Shown here piece by piece: positions 1 through 9,828 of a stretch of 64,000 bases of DNA. The DNA is from Basidiobolus meristosporus CBS 931.73 (lineage: Eukaryota; Fungi; Basidiobolomycota): the NCBI GenBank assembly GCA_002104905.1, contig MCFE01000415.1, positions 1 to 64,000 of the forward strand. The letters are read 5' to 3'. The notes under the pieces are model-generated. The model worked only from the letters and a program-made list of their open reading frames with translations. It had not been told where the DNA came from and did not search any database. Every line of letters starts with the position of its first letter. Within the stretch, counting starts at the first letter, position 1. The position numbers and the translations under genes are program-made.

Positions 1-201
1 TTTCTTCACTGAGGGCAGTACTTTGCAATATGTCCCTGATGGTTGCAATTGAGGCAAAGCCCTTTCTTCCTACAATCTTCTGATGTAGAATTCTTCTGCA
101 TAGTGTCTATTTCTGTTGGCACTGCTTCTGCTTATCTTCTTTCATAGTGATTGTGGCTTCTCTGATTAGTCCATGTGGGCTTTTGAACTCCAAACATAGC
201 T
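1..201 (-). mobile_element. Decayed Ty3/gypsy gag fragment (zinc-knuckle region), same family as element A
   Basis: Aligns by eye to 4681-4880 of element A (gagggcagtactttgcaatatgtccctg...actccaaacatagct) with many transitions; runs off the window start. Confidence 0.85.
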
Positions 202-378
202 ATACTGTGCATTAATAGGTATCTTGACTATTGCTATTGGAATCAAGAATGTGCTAGGAGTAAGGGGATTGAAAGAGGAAGCTGCAGACATACAACTCTG
301 CATGCAATTTGCACAGTATTGGCTGGACACATCCATTTGTGATCAAAATTTGGGAACCAAAGAGATCTTGAATGAGTT
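202..378. mobile_element. Left remnant of an old, internally deleted PHIS transposon copy (D0)
   Basis: 202-232 matches 7380-7410 (transposase 3' end); 239-378 matches 8881-9020 (accessory ORF). About 1.5 kb between them is absent. Confidence 0.75.
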
Positions 379-566
379 TCAAGTCATCAGAGAATGTCCA
401 TTTGCAACTTACCAACTAGTGGATAAACAAGGGAATATCTGGGGAGATTTAGTTCATAAAGACAGACTCAAGCTTGCAAGACTTGCTGATAATACTAAAC
501 CATCAAGATATAGGTATCACAAGAAAAGAGATTCAGGAGAACCCTCTCAACTTTAGTAGGGGAGAA
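377..566 (+). mobile_element. Ty3 integrase C-terminus plus polypurine tract of a truncated upstream copy
   Basis: Near-identical to 13319-13507 (..IRECPFA(T/A)YQLVDKQGNIWGDLVH..GEPSQL*); PPT agtaggggagaa at 555-566 abuts the LTR. Confidence 0.85.
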
Positions 567-935
567 TGTTATGATCTGCCACTTGAATGTTTAAGTTAGA
601 TTAGTCTTTAGTAAAATCAATTAGTTATATGTTTAGGTTATCAGTATATCAGTATTATCTATCAAATCAGCAGCATTAGTCAGCAAATGAATCAGCAGAT
701 CCTTATAAGACAGAAATAAATATATCAAGTAGAATCTTATTGGGTGATGATGATGCAATCAAATGAGTCATCAGCCACAACCTGCATTAGGAAATACAAT
801 TAGTCAGCAATTGATCTGGCAAAATGTATATAAGGAGCTGCTGGAACCACGATAAAGATCAGCTCAAGTTTAAGTGAATACAATACTAGCTAAACTCCCT
901 ATTCCTCTACAACTCATATACCAAGACTTGTAACA
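567..935 (+). repeat. 5' LTR of element B (also serves as 3' LTR of the upstream remnant)
   Basis: TGTTA...TAACA termini, 369 bp, TATATAA at 827-833; shares diagnostic bases with 13508-13876 rather than with the A LTRs. Confidence 0.92.
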
Positions 936-936
936 T

Positions 937-945
937 TGGTAGCAG
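937..945 (+). promoter_or_regulatory. Primer-binding site, probably for initiator tRNA-Met
   Basis: TGGTAGCAG starts 1 nt after the LTR end; the same motif lies at 5549-5557 (- strand) in element A. TGGTAGC is complementary to the tRNA-iMet 3' end used by Ty3. Confidence 0.75.
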
Positions 946-988
946 CAATAACCAGAAGCCTCCCTCCTGAAGAAAGAAGAGACCACCC

Positions 989-1356
989 TGTTACAAGTCT
1001 TGGTATAAGAGTTGTAGAGGAATAGGGAGTTTAGCTAGTATTGTATTCACTAAAACTTGAACTGATTTTTATTGAGGCTCCAGCAGCTCCTTATATACAT
1101 TTTGCCAGATCAATTGCTGACTAATTGTATTTTGTAATGTAGGTTGTGGCTGATGACTCATTTGATTGCATCATCATCACCCAATAAGATCCTACTTAAT
1201 ATATCTATTTCTGTCTGATAAGGATCTGCTGATTCATTTGCTGACTAATGCTACTGATTTCATAGATAATACTGATATACTGATAACCTAAACATATACT
1301 AATTGATTTGACTAAAAACTGATCTAACTTAAACATTCAAGCGGCAGATCATAACA
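989..1356 (-). repeat. 3' LTR of element A
   Basis: Reverse complement of the 567-935 LTR type, next to the PPT ttctcccctact. Confidence 0.95.
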
Positions 1357-1366
1357 TTCTCCCCTA

Positions 1367-4300
1367 CTAAAGTTGAGAGGGTTCTCCTGAATCTCTTTTC
1401 TTGTGATACCAATATCTTGATGGTTCAGTATTATCAGCAAGTCTTGCATGCTTGAGTCTGTCCCTATGCACTAAGTCTTCCCGGATATTACCTTGTTTGT
1501 GCACCAGTTGGTAAGTTGCAAATGGACATTCTCTGATGATCTTGAATGGTCCTGTCTATTGTGGCTCAAACTTCTTCTGAGTGTTGTTTCTTAGCAATAC
1601 AAAGTTCCCAACTGTCAATGCTTCTGGTGTTATAGTCTTATCAAATCTCTGCTTCATCTTTTCTGCACTTTGAGATACTTTGGTCTGTGCCTCTTGACGT
1701 CTTTGTTCCAGTTGCTGGTGTCTACTTGGCTGACTGAGTTCATCTTCTAAGGTGTCTGTAAGCTTTGGTTGTGTGAGATCTCCTGGAATCCTTGGTTCAC
1801 ATCCATAGTCTAAGTAAAATGGTGATTGCTGGGTGGTGTTGTGTACTCTGACTCTGCATGCAAAGAGTGCTTGGTCTAAATACTCATCCCATCTACTGAC
1901 AACTCCATTTGCATACTTGGTCAGCATTTTTCCAAATAATCCATTAAACTGCTCAGTAACTCCATTAGTTCTGGGGTGATATGCCAAGGTTTTCAAGTGT
2001 CTGATCTGCTGCATTTCCAGGTAAGCCTCTAATGTCTTTGCCATAAAGTTTGCTCCTCTATCAGATAAGATCTCCACAGGGCATCCAAACTTCATCAGGA
2101 TCTCATGGTAAATGAAACTTGCAACTTCTTGTTCACTGGCTATTGGTACAGCTTTAGCAACTGGCCATTTAGTGGCATGGTCAATAGCTACTAGGATCCA
2201 ACGGTTGCATTTCCTGGTAGTTGGCAGTCTTCCAATAAAGTCAATTCCCCATCTCTCAAATGGTCTTACAGGCTCTAAAGGGACAAGTTTGGCAATTCTT
2301 TGTGGCTGGCCTTGATTGATTTGGCAGTTTGGGCATGTTTTCACTAGCTTCTCAATATCTTGTTTCATTCTGGGCCACCATGCTCTTGCTTTCACAAGGC
2401 TAAAGGTTCCTTCAATCCCAAGATGTCCATATCCATTGTGTAGCTTATGTATTAAATCCAGGCGAGCAACATAAGGACAATAGGCAATAGGGATTCCATC
2501 AACAATTTGGTAGAGTGTTTCATCCTGTACAACAAATTTGCTGGCTTCATCACAGATTATCTTCTTGATATCTTCATCCACCTCATTAGGAATGGCTTGG
2601 TCCTCCAAGTACTTTGGTAATAGGCTAGGCCAATCTGATTCATGCACCAAGTTGAGTTGTGCAACTTAATCTAATCTTGATAAGGCATCAGCAACCGTGT
2701 TGTTTTTTCCAGGGCAGTAGACAATCTCCAGGTCAAATTGCTGAATGTATTCACTCCATCTTGTCATTCTTCTAGAGAGTACCTTCTGAGTAAATATATA
2801 CTTGAGGGAGGCATGATCAGTCTTCACAGTGCATTTGACTCCTTCAATATAGCATCTCCAAGTCTTCAAACAGTGTATTATAGCAAGCATCTCCTTCTCA
2901 TGGACTGGATAGTTTTGTTCTGCTGAGTTTACTTTCTTGGATTCAAAGACAACAGGGTAGTCCTTTCCCTTGTGTTCTTGGCTCAGCACTCCACCAATTG
3001 CATAATCTGAAGCATCTGTGCACAGAGTGAACTCTTTTCTGAAGTCTGGTATTCTTAGGCTTGGCAGCTTAGCAAGTTCATTCTTGAGCGTCTGGAAGGC
3101 AGTCTCACAAGCTATGTCCCACTTGTAGGTATTGTCTTTCTTGAGGATATCAGTTAAAGGGGCTGCAATACTTGCAAAAGACTTGACAAATCTCCGATAA
3201 TAGGAAACCATTCCAAGGAATGATCTGAGTTCTGATATGCTATGGGGCTGCTTCAAATTATTGATTACTTCCACCTTCTTTGGGTCTAAGGTTACTCCTG
3301 TGCTAGTCACTATGTGTCCCATGTATGCAATGTGCTCCTTGAAGAATTCACACTTGGCTAGCTTGCCATATAGCTTGTTCTCTCTTAGTTTCTTCAATAC
3401 CTTTTCAATGTGCACTACGTGATCCTCTTCTGTCTTGCTGTATATCAATATGTCATCCAGGTAGATTATCACAAACTTGTCTAAGTACTCCTGAAAGACA
3501 GTCTGCATCAGCGTCATGAATGTTGCAGGGGCGTTGGTGAGGCCAAAACTCATGACTAAGTACTTGTAATGTCCATATCTGGTCCTGAATGCTGTCTTGG
3601 GGATGTCTTCTGGCTTCACCCTAATCTGGTTGTATCCTGACATGAGGTCAATCTTGCGGAAAATAGTGGCGCCATTAAGTTGGTCTAAAAGCTCATCAAT
3701 CCAAGGTATGGGGTACTTATTCTTGACGGTAACTGAGTTCAGGGCTCTGTAGTCAATGCACATCCTAAGTGTTCCATCCTTCTTCTTCACAAAAAGCACT
3801 GGTGCTCCCCAGGGTGACTTGCTGGGCCTGATGTATCCTTGCTCCAATAGCTGATCAATTTGTCTCTTCATTTCCTCCAATTCCAATGGACTCATTCTGT
3901 AAGGTGCCTTGCTCACTGGAAGGCTATCACCTGTGTCAATGGCATGATCCACGTGTCTGACTGGTGGTAGGCTTACAAGCTCATCTGGAAACACGTCTGA
4001 ATATTTCTTCAAGGGAGTCTGGACCTGCTGGGGTGCTGGGGTAGAGGAATCCTCCTGTAATACCGCCATGAGGAACATCTCGGTACCTTTTCTAAGTGCT
4101 CTACAGAACTGGGTCTTGCTAAGTTCACTTGTCTCACACACACTGGAATTGACCAAGTGGAAATCCAGCCTGGCAGGTAATAGCTCATAGGTCTTGTTGT
4201 CTTTTTGGATCTGAGTAGCATGGGTTCTCCAGTTGATTGATGGATTACAACAAAATAGCCAGGCTTTCCCAAGTACAAGGTCAAACTTGCAGTTCCCAAA

Positions 4301-5500
4301 TATATAAGCCTGTAGGTCTTCTTCATAGTCATTGATCTTCATTCTTACTGGCTGTGTAATACAGTTGATTATGTGAGAGTTCCCATCAGCTGTAGAGACT
4401 GAAGTTGATTTGGTAGGTTCCCAGTTGATTCCAGCTTTGAGAGCAAATTGCTCTGACATGTACTCATGCAATGCTCCTGAGTCAATCATGATCTTGGCAG
4501 GTACTCCATTGATTACTCCATTCAAGTACAATAACTTCCCTGAGTTTGAAGTCATTTGGGACAAGTATTCTTCTGTCATATGGAAGGTGAGTTCTGAGTC
4601 TTCTTCAGGCTCATCTTCCACATTACTGTGTTCATGGGACTCAATATGGCTGAAGGTTCTTGTTGGCTGGTGTCCAATTCTTTTCTGAGGGCAGTACTTT
4701 GCAATATGTCCCTGTTGGTGGCAATTGAAGCAAAGTCCTCTCTTCTTGCATTCTTCTGAGGAGGGATTCTTCTGCATAGCGTCTATTTCCATTGGTACTG
4801 CTTCTGATTGTCTTCTTTCATAATGATTATAGCCTTTCTGATTAGTCACTGTAGGCTTCCCAACTCCAAACATAGCTGAGTCATAGTCAATGGCAATCTT
4901 GATGGCTTCTTCAATAGTCTGAGGTCTTCGGTAATTGACTTCCTTGCGAGTTCTTTCTTTCAACCCATCAATAAAGTATTCAACTTGATCCAAGGGGTCC
5001 ATTCTTTCAATTTGTCCAAGTAGACATCTGTACTCATAGATGTATTCTTGCACCATTCCTTTCTGTCTGAGTGTCTTTAACTTCCTTCTTAATAGTGTCT
5101 GCTGGTGTGGAGGTTCAAAAGCATCCTGAATTTCTGACACAAACTCATCCCAGGTAGACATTGTAGAGCATCCCATCATAGTAGCTGACCTGATCTTGTT
5201 GTGGTACCACTGTAAAGCTGCATCTGCCAGGTAAGAAGCTGCATAATGCAACTTGCTCTCTGGAGCAATTCCTTTAGCTTTAAAAGCTTCTTCAATCTGA
5301 AAGAGCCAAGTTCCCAGGTTTTCATTGACTCTGCCATGGTACCGGTTGACCTTCACACTAAAGTTGCTCTTGACAGGGCTTTGCTGGCTCTGAGCCATGG
5401 TAGTCATTCCTTGTTGCTGTTGGCTGAGGATCTGGAGTAGCTGTTGCTGTTGGGCCAGGATTTGCAGCATGGCATTCATCCATTCTTGATTGTCCGACAT
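1367..5500 (-). pseudogene. Single-frame gag-pol of element A (gag, CCHC knuckle, DSG protease, YLDD RT, RNase H, integrase with GPY/F motif), two nonsense codons
   Basis: ORFs 2666..5500 and 1556..2650 share a frame. The stops are TAA at 2666-2668 (CAA in copy B) and TAG at 1556-1558 (TGG in copy B). Motifs [44 protein letters not shown]. Confidence 0.93.
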
Positions 5501-5558
5501 CTTGAGGGTGGTTTCTTCTTTCTTCAGGAGGGAGGTTTCTGGTTATTGCTGCTACCAA

Positions 5559-5927
5559 TGTTACAAGTCTTGGTATAAGAGTTGTAGAGGAATAGGGAGT
5601 TTAGCTAGTATTGTATTCACTAAAACTTGGACTGATTTTTATTGAGGTTCCAGCAGCTCCTTATATACATTTTGCCAGATCAATTTCTGACTAATTGTAT
5701 TTCCTAATGTAGGTTGTGGCTGATGACTCATTTGATTGCATCATCATCACCCAATAAGATCCTACTTAATATATCTATTTCTGTCTGATAAGGATCTGCT
5801 GATTCATTTGCTGACTAATGCTACTGATTTCATAGATAATACTGATATACTGATAACCTAAACATATAACTAATTGATTTGACTAAGAACTGATCTAACT
5901 TAAACATTCAAGCAGCAGATCATAACA
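5559..5927 (-). repeat. 5' LTR of element A
   Basis: About 98% identical to 989-1356; followed on the - strand by the PBS and leader. Confidence 0.95.
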
Positions 5928-7321
5928 ACCCTCAAGATGTCAGACAATCAAGAATGAAAGAATGCCATGTAACAAATCCTAACCCAACAGCAGCAGTTAC
6001 TCCAGATCCTCAGCCAACAGCAACAAGGAATTACTACCATGGCTCAGAGCCAGCAAAGCCCTGTCAAGAGCAACTTTAGTGTGAAGGTCAACCGGTACCA
6101 TGGCAGAGTCAATGAAAACCTGGGAACTTGGATCTTTCAGATCAAAGAAGCTTTTAAGGCTCAAGGAATTGCTCCAGAATGCAAGTTACATTATGCAGCC
6201 TCTTACCTGGCAGACGCAGCTTTGCAGTGGTACCACAACAAGATCAGGTCAGCCATCATGATGGGATGCTCTACAATCCCTACCTGGGATGAGTTTGCGT
6301 CAGAAATTCAGGATGCTTTTGAACCTCCACACCAGCAGACACTAATAAGAAGGATGCTAAAGACACTCAGACAGAAAGGAATGGTTCAAGGATACATCTA
6401 CAAGTACTGATGTCTACTTGGACAACTTGAAAGAATGAACCCCTTGGATCAAGTTGAATACTTTATTGATGGGTTGAAAGAAAGAACTTGCAAGGAAGTC
6501 AATTACCAAAGACCTCAGACTATTGAAGAAGCCATCAAGATTGCTATTGACCATGACACAGCTATGTTTGGAGCTGGGAAGCCTACAGAGACTAATCAGA
6601 AAGGTTATAATCATTATGAAAGAAGACAGTCAGAAGCAGTACCAATGGATATAGATGCTGTGCAGAAGAACCCCACCTCAGAAGAATGCAGGAAGAAAGG
6701 ACTTTGTTTCAGTTGCCACCAGCAAGGACACATCTCAAAGTACTACCCCCAGAGAAGAAATGGATACCAGCCAGCAAGAACCTTCAACCATATTGAGTCC
6801 CATGAACACAGTAATGTGGAGGATGAGCTTGAAGAAGACTTGGAACTCACCTTCCAGGTGACAGAAGAGTACTTGTCCCAAATGACCTCAAACTCAGGGA
6901 AGTTATTGTACTTAAATGGAGTAATCAATGGAGTACCTGCCAAAATCATGATTGACTCAGGAGCATTGCATGAGTACATGTCAGAGCAATTTGCTCTCAA
7001 AGCTGGAATCAACTGGGAACCTACCAAATCAACTTCAGTCTCTACAGCTGATGGGAACTCTCACATAATCAACTGTATTACACAGCCAGTAAGAATGAAG
7101 ATCAATGACTATGAAGAAGACCTACAGGCTTATATATTAGACTTGTTCCGATGGATAGTGCCACATAGTGCCAGCCTGTTTATGGTGCCGGATCAATCTG
7201 GCACTCTACGGCACTATCTGGCACTATAATTTCTACTATGATGCCAGTGGTATGATACAGTTACCGGTAATTTTACTCAAACTTACTTATGTTGCTCAGA
7301 ATAGTGCTTTCATTGCTTTAT

Positions 7322-8206
7322 TTACTCTTCATAATGCTCCAGACACATTTCTCTCAGTGGATGTCTTCTTGTATGAACACACTGTGCATTAATAAGTATC
7401 TTAACTATTTCACCTATTCTGCTGTTTTCACCTATACATGACTTTCCTCTATATTTACCTGCCAATATGCTGAATCTCTTCAGATATCCAAATGTGTGCC
7501 CTACCCTTACTCTGAAATGATTAAATATCTCATTGTAGAGCTTCTGCTTCCTGCTAAGCACACCATTCCTTGGCTTCCTATAAGCTGTAATACATCCTAA
7601 TATGTGACAATCCTCTGCTATATAGGCTAAGTCTGCCATACATTTCTCCCCTCTACTGAATTCTGGATGATTCTCTACCCAGAGTGCTTTGTCATGCCTA
7701 CTTCCAGCAAATGGCCCACTAAACCAGATGATGTTACCCTCAATGTCAGACAGTGCTTGAAACTTCACACAGTGTGCCTTGTACTTGCCAGAATAAAAGT
7801 GCCTCTGCCCTCTAGAAGGTCTGTTAATCCTCACTGGGAAGGTATCCAAAATACTCCTGATATGGAACCTGTTGCTGAACACTCTGGGATATGGAAGTCT
7901 ATTGAAGCTTCTGAACCTAGTATTCCAAGCTTGCTCTAAGTCATTCATACCCTCTGCAAGGTGGTTCTCCATTGCTGTCAACTGGGAATGAAAGCTTCTA
8001 GGACTTTTGTTGCCATGGATGGTGGGATGAAACCTTGTAGGGCAATAGTTCTTGTAATAGCAGAGAAGCTTAACAAGGGATCTCCTTGAGTAGATTGGGG
8101 TTGATGGTCCACAGTACTTGGAATAGATCTCCTCTAGTGTGTCAAAAGGAAATCCAGTGGTAGTGATGGGATTGATGAGAAAAGACCATTCAGATGAGTA
8201 AGTCAT
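7322..8206 (-). CDS. DDE_Tnp_4-type (PIF/Harbinger/IS5-like) transposase, 294 aa; third catalytic residue appears to be E>G
   Basis: Motifs ILDTFPVRINRP, YSGKYKAHCVKFQ, GSRHD, MADLAY, YN..FNHFRVRVGHTFG.LKRF (usually RVxVEH). Confidence 0.88.
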   Translation of the reverse strand: MTYSSEWSFLINPITTTGFPFDTLEEIYSKYCGPSTPIYSRRSLVKLLCYYKNYCPTRFHPTIHGNKSPRSFHSQLTAMENHLAEGMNDLEQAWNTRFRSFNRLPYPRVFSNRFHIRSILDTFPVRINRPSRGQRHFYSGKYKAHCVKFQALSDIEGNIIWFSGPFAGSRHDKALWVENHPEFSRGEKCMADLAYIAEDCHILGCITAYRKPRNGVLSRKQKLYNEIFNHFRVRVGHTFGYLKRFSILAGKYRGKSCIGENSRIGEIVKILINAQCVHTRRHPLREMCLEHYEE

Positions 8207-8565
8207 ATTAAAATTGATGGATGATTGTATGGAGGTGGTTTAAATTGATTTGGCGCGATCCACGTTATTTATCTGATTTTTAATACATTATGGTTAAATC
8301 TCCATCAATTGCCATGTATCCCATCATTATGTTGCAAAAATCATCCGCAAACAATGCCTTGGTACTTTTATTGATGCTTTAATCATAGGTCTATAATCAA
8401 ATAGGAAATCTGCAATTGATGTGATCTGATCCGTTTCAATGCAATCCAAGATGCATCATGTATAATATATGGAAAATTCAACAATCACATTAGTTTTCAT
8501 ATATATTTCATATAAGACCAGGTTGATGCCAATACACTGCTGTATAAGTATCCAAATCCATTGCT

Positions 8566-9828
8566 ATGGTCCACATACCAAGCCTCAACTCATCTTTAGT
8601 ACAACCCAGACAAAACCCATCCCCCAGCTCACAGGCGCGGCCCAGACCGGAGAAGTCAATGTTGGATCCGTTCAAGTTCTTGCCAAATGATTTTAGTATG
8701 GCCCAAGTGTCTATGATGAGCCTTCATACAGATATTTGGGCACTACTGATTAATCTAACAGAACTAGATACCTCAGAGAGTCAACAAAGATGGAAGAATT
8801 TGAGTAGAAAGCTGTGGCATGAGTTCTACATCAAGATGCCAGCCAATGTATGTAAAAAGATATATAACAAGACAAGTATGGAAATCAAGAATGAGCTGAG
8901 AGTGAGGGGATTTGATGAAGAAGCCGCGCAGGAACAATTTTGCGCGCAATTTGCACAATATGGGCCGGACGCATCCATTTGTGTCTCAACTTTGGGAACC
9001 AAAGAGATTTTGAATGAGTCTTTGCCTCAAATGACTAATGTACTACGTGATATATTAGTAGAGCTAAGTGGCTTTTAAGAGCAATATACACAGGACTCAT
9101 CCAGGCAACAGCTCCAAAGTATCAGACAGAGGGTAAGTGAATACCTTGAGGAATCATATGGTGAGCTTCAGGAGGAAGAATACAGACCGCAAGCAACATC
9201 ATCCAGATTGCGCCAGCATGCCTCGCTGGATTCCCTACCATCTCTTGCAACCACAGCACGCCAGCGCACGTCAGTCCAGACCATGCCAACACCCTTTACC
9301 AGAATGCCCCGCGTCAAGTCAATGCGCATTGAGTCAACGTGCGTCGGGTCAATGCGCGCACTTCAGAGCAAAACTACAAGAACTTGCCAAACTGCTCATT
9401 TAGACACAAGTCCATTGGAGCGGTCCAAGTTGCGTCAACATGCGGCATCACATCAAACTCAGCCAAGGGCCATCTCAACGCATCAAGGCGCGCCTGCGTG
9501 TGCCGTTTTGCCTGACCATCAGCAAGTTACTTCTGGTGAACTGACTGATGATGACCAACATGAAGTGCCTCAACCACCGGAGCCCTTGGCAAGTAAAAGA
9601 ACGCGTCAGCGCATGGCACTACAGGCCGGTTCAGTTGGTTCAGTTGGAGCAATTCAGCGCAGCCAAGCTGCAGCATTGCACTCATCAACTAGGAGGCAAA
9701 ATACCGACTACAAATACACAAGTAGCCAAGATGATAGTCAGCCAGGAAGTAGTATAGGTGTGCAAAGTGAGTCACTACCAAATGCTTCAGTAGTAATCCC
9801 TGTGAGAAAAAAACCCAGGAGAAGATGA
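8566..9828 (+). pseudogene. Accessory ORF2 of D1 (about 420 aa, one nonsense codon at 9076-9078)
   Basis: ORFs 8566..9078 and 9208..9828 share a frame; copy D2 reads F-Q-E-Q across the TAA. Basic C-terminus RKKPRRR resembles an NLS. Confidence 0.8.

Larger units (their letters stand above)
989..5927 (-). mobile_element. Full-length Ty3/gypsy retrotransposon A (4939 bp)
   Basis: LTRs 989-1356 and 5559-5927 (about 8 differences), PPT 1357-1368, PBS, 4-bp TSD ACCC at 985-988 and 5928-5931; removing it restores B's leader gaccaccc-tcaagATG. Confidence 0.96.

Noticed and set aside
224-556. 110-aa ORF as a real gene
   Set aside because: It is a chance in-frame fusion of PHIS ORF2 and Ty3 integrase fragments.
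610-720. TCAG-rich short repeats in the Ty3 LTR as a CRISPR-like or satellite array
   Set aside because: Irregular degenerate motifs inside the U3 region of every LTR copy; there is no repeat-spacer structure.
2666-2668. TAA between RNase H and integrase in element A as a programmed read-through site
   Set aside because: Copy B has CAA at the same codon and reads through in frame, so this is an ordinary nonsense mutation.
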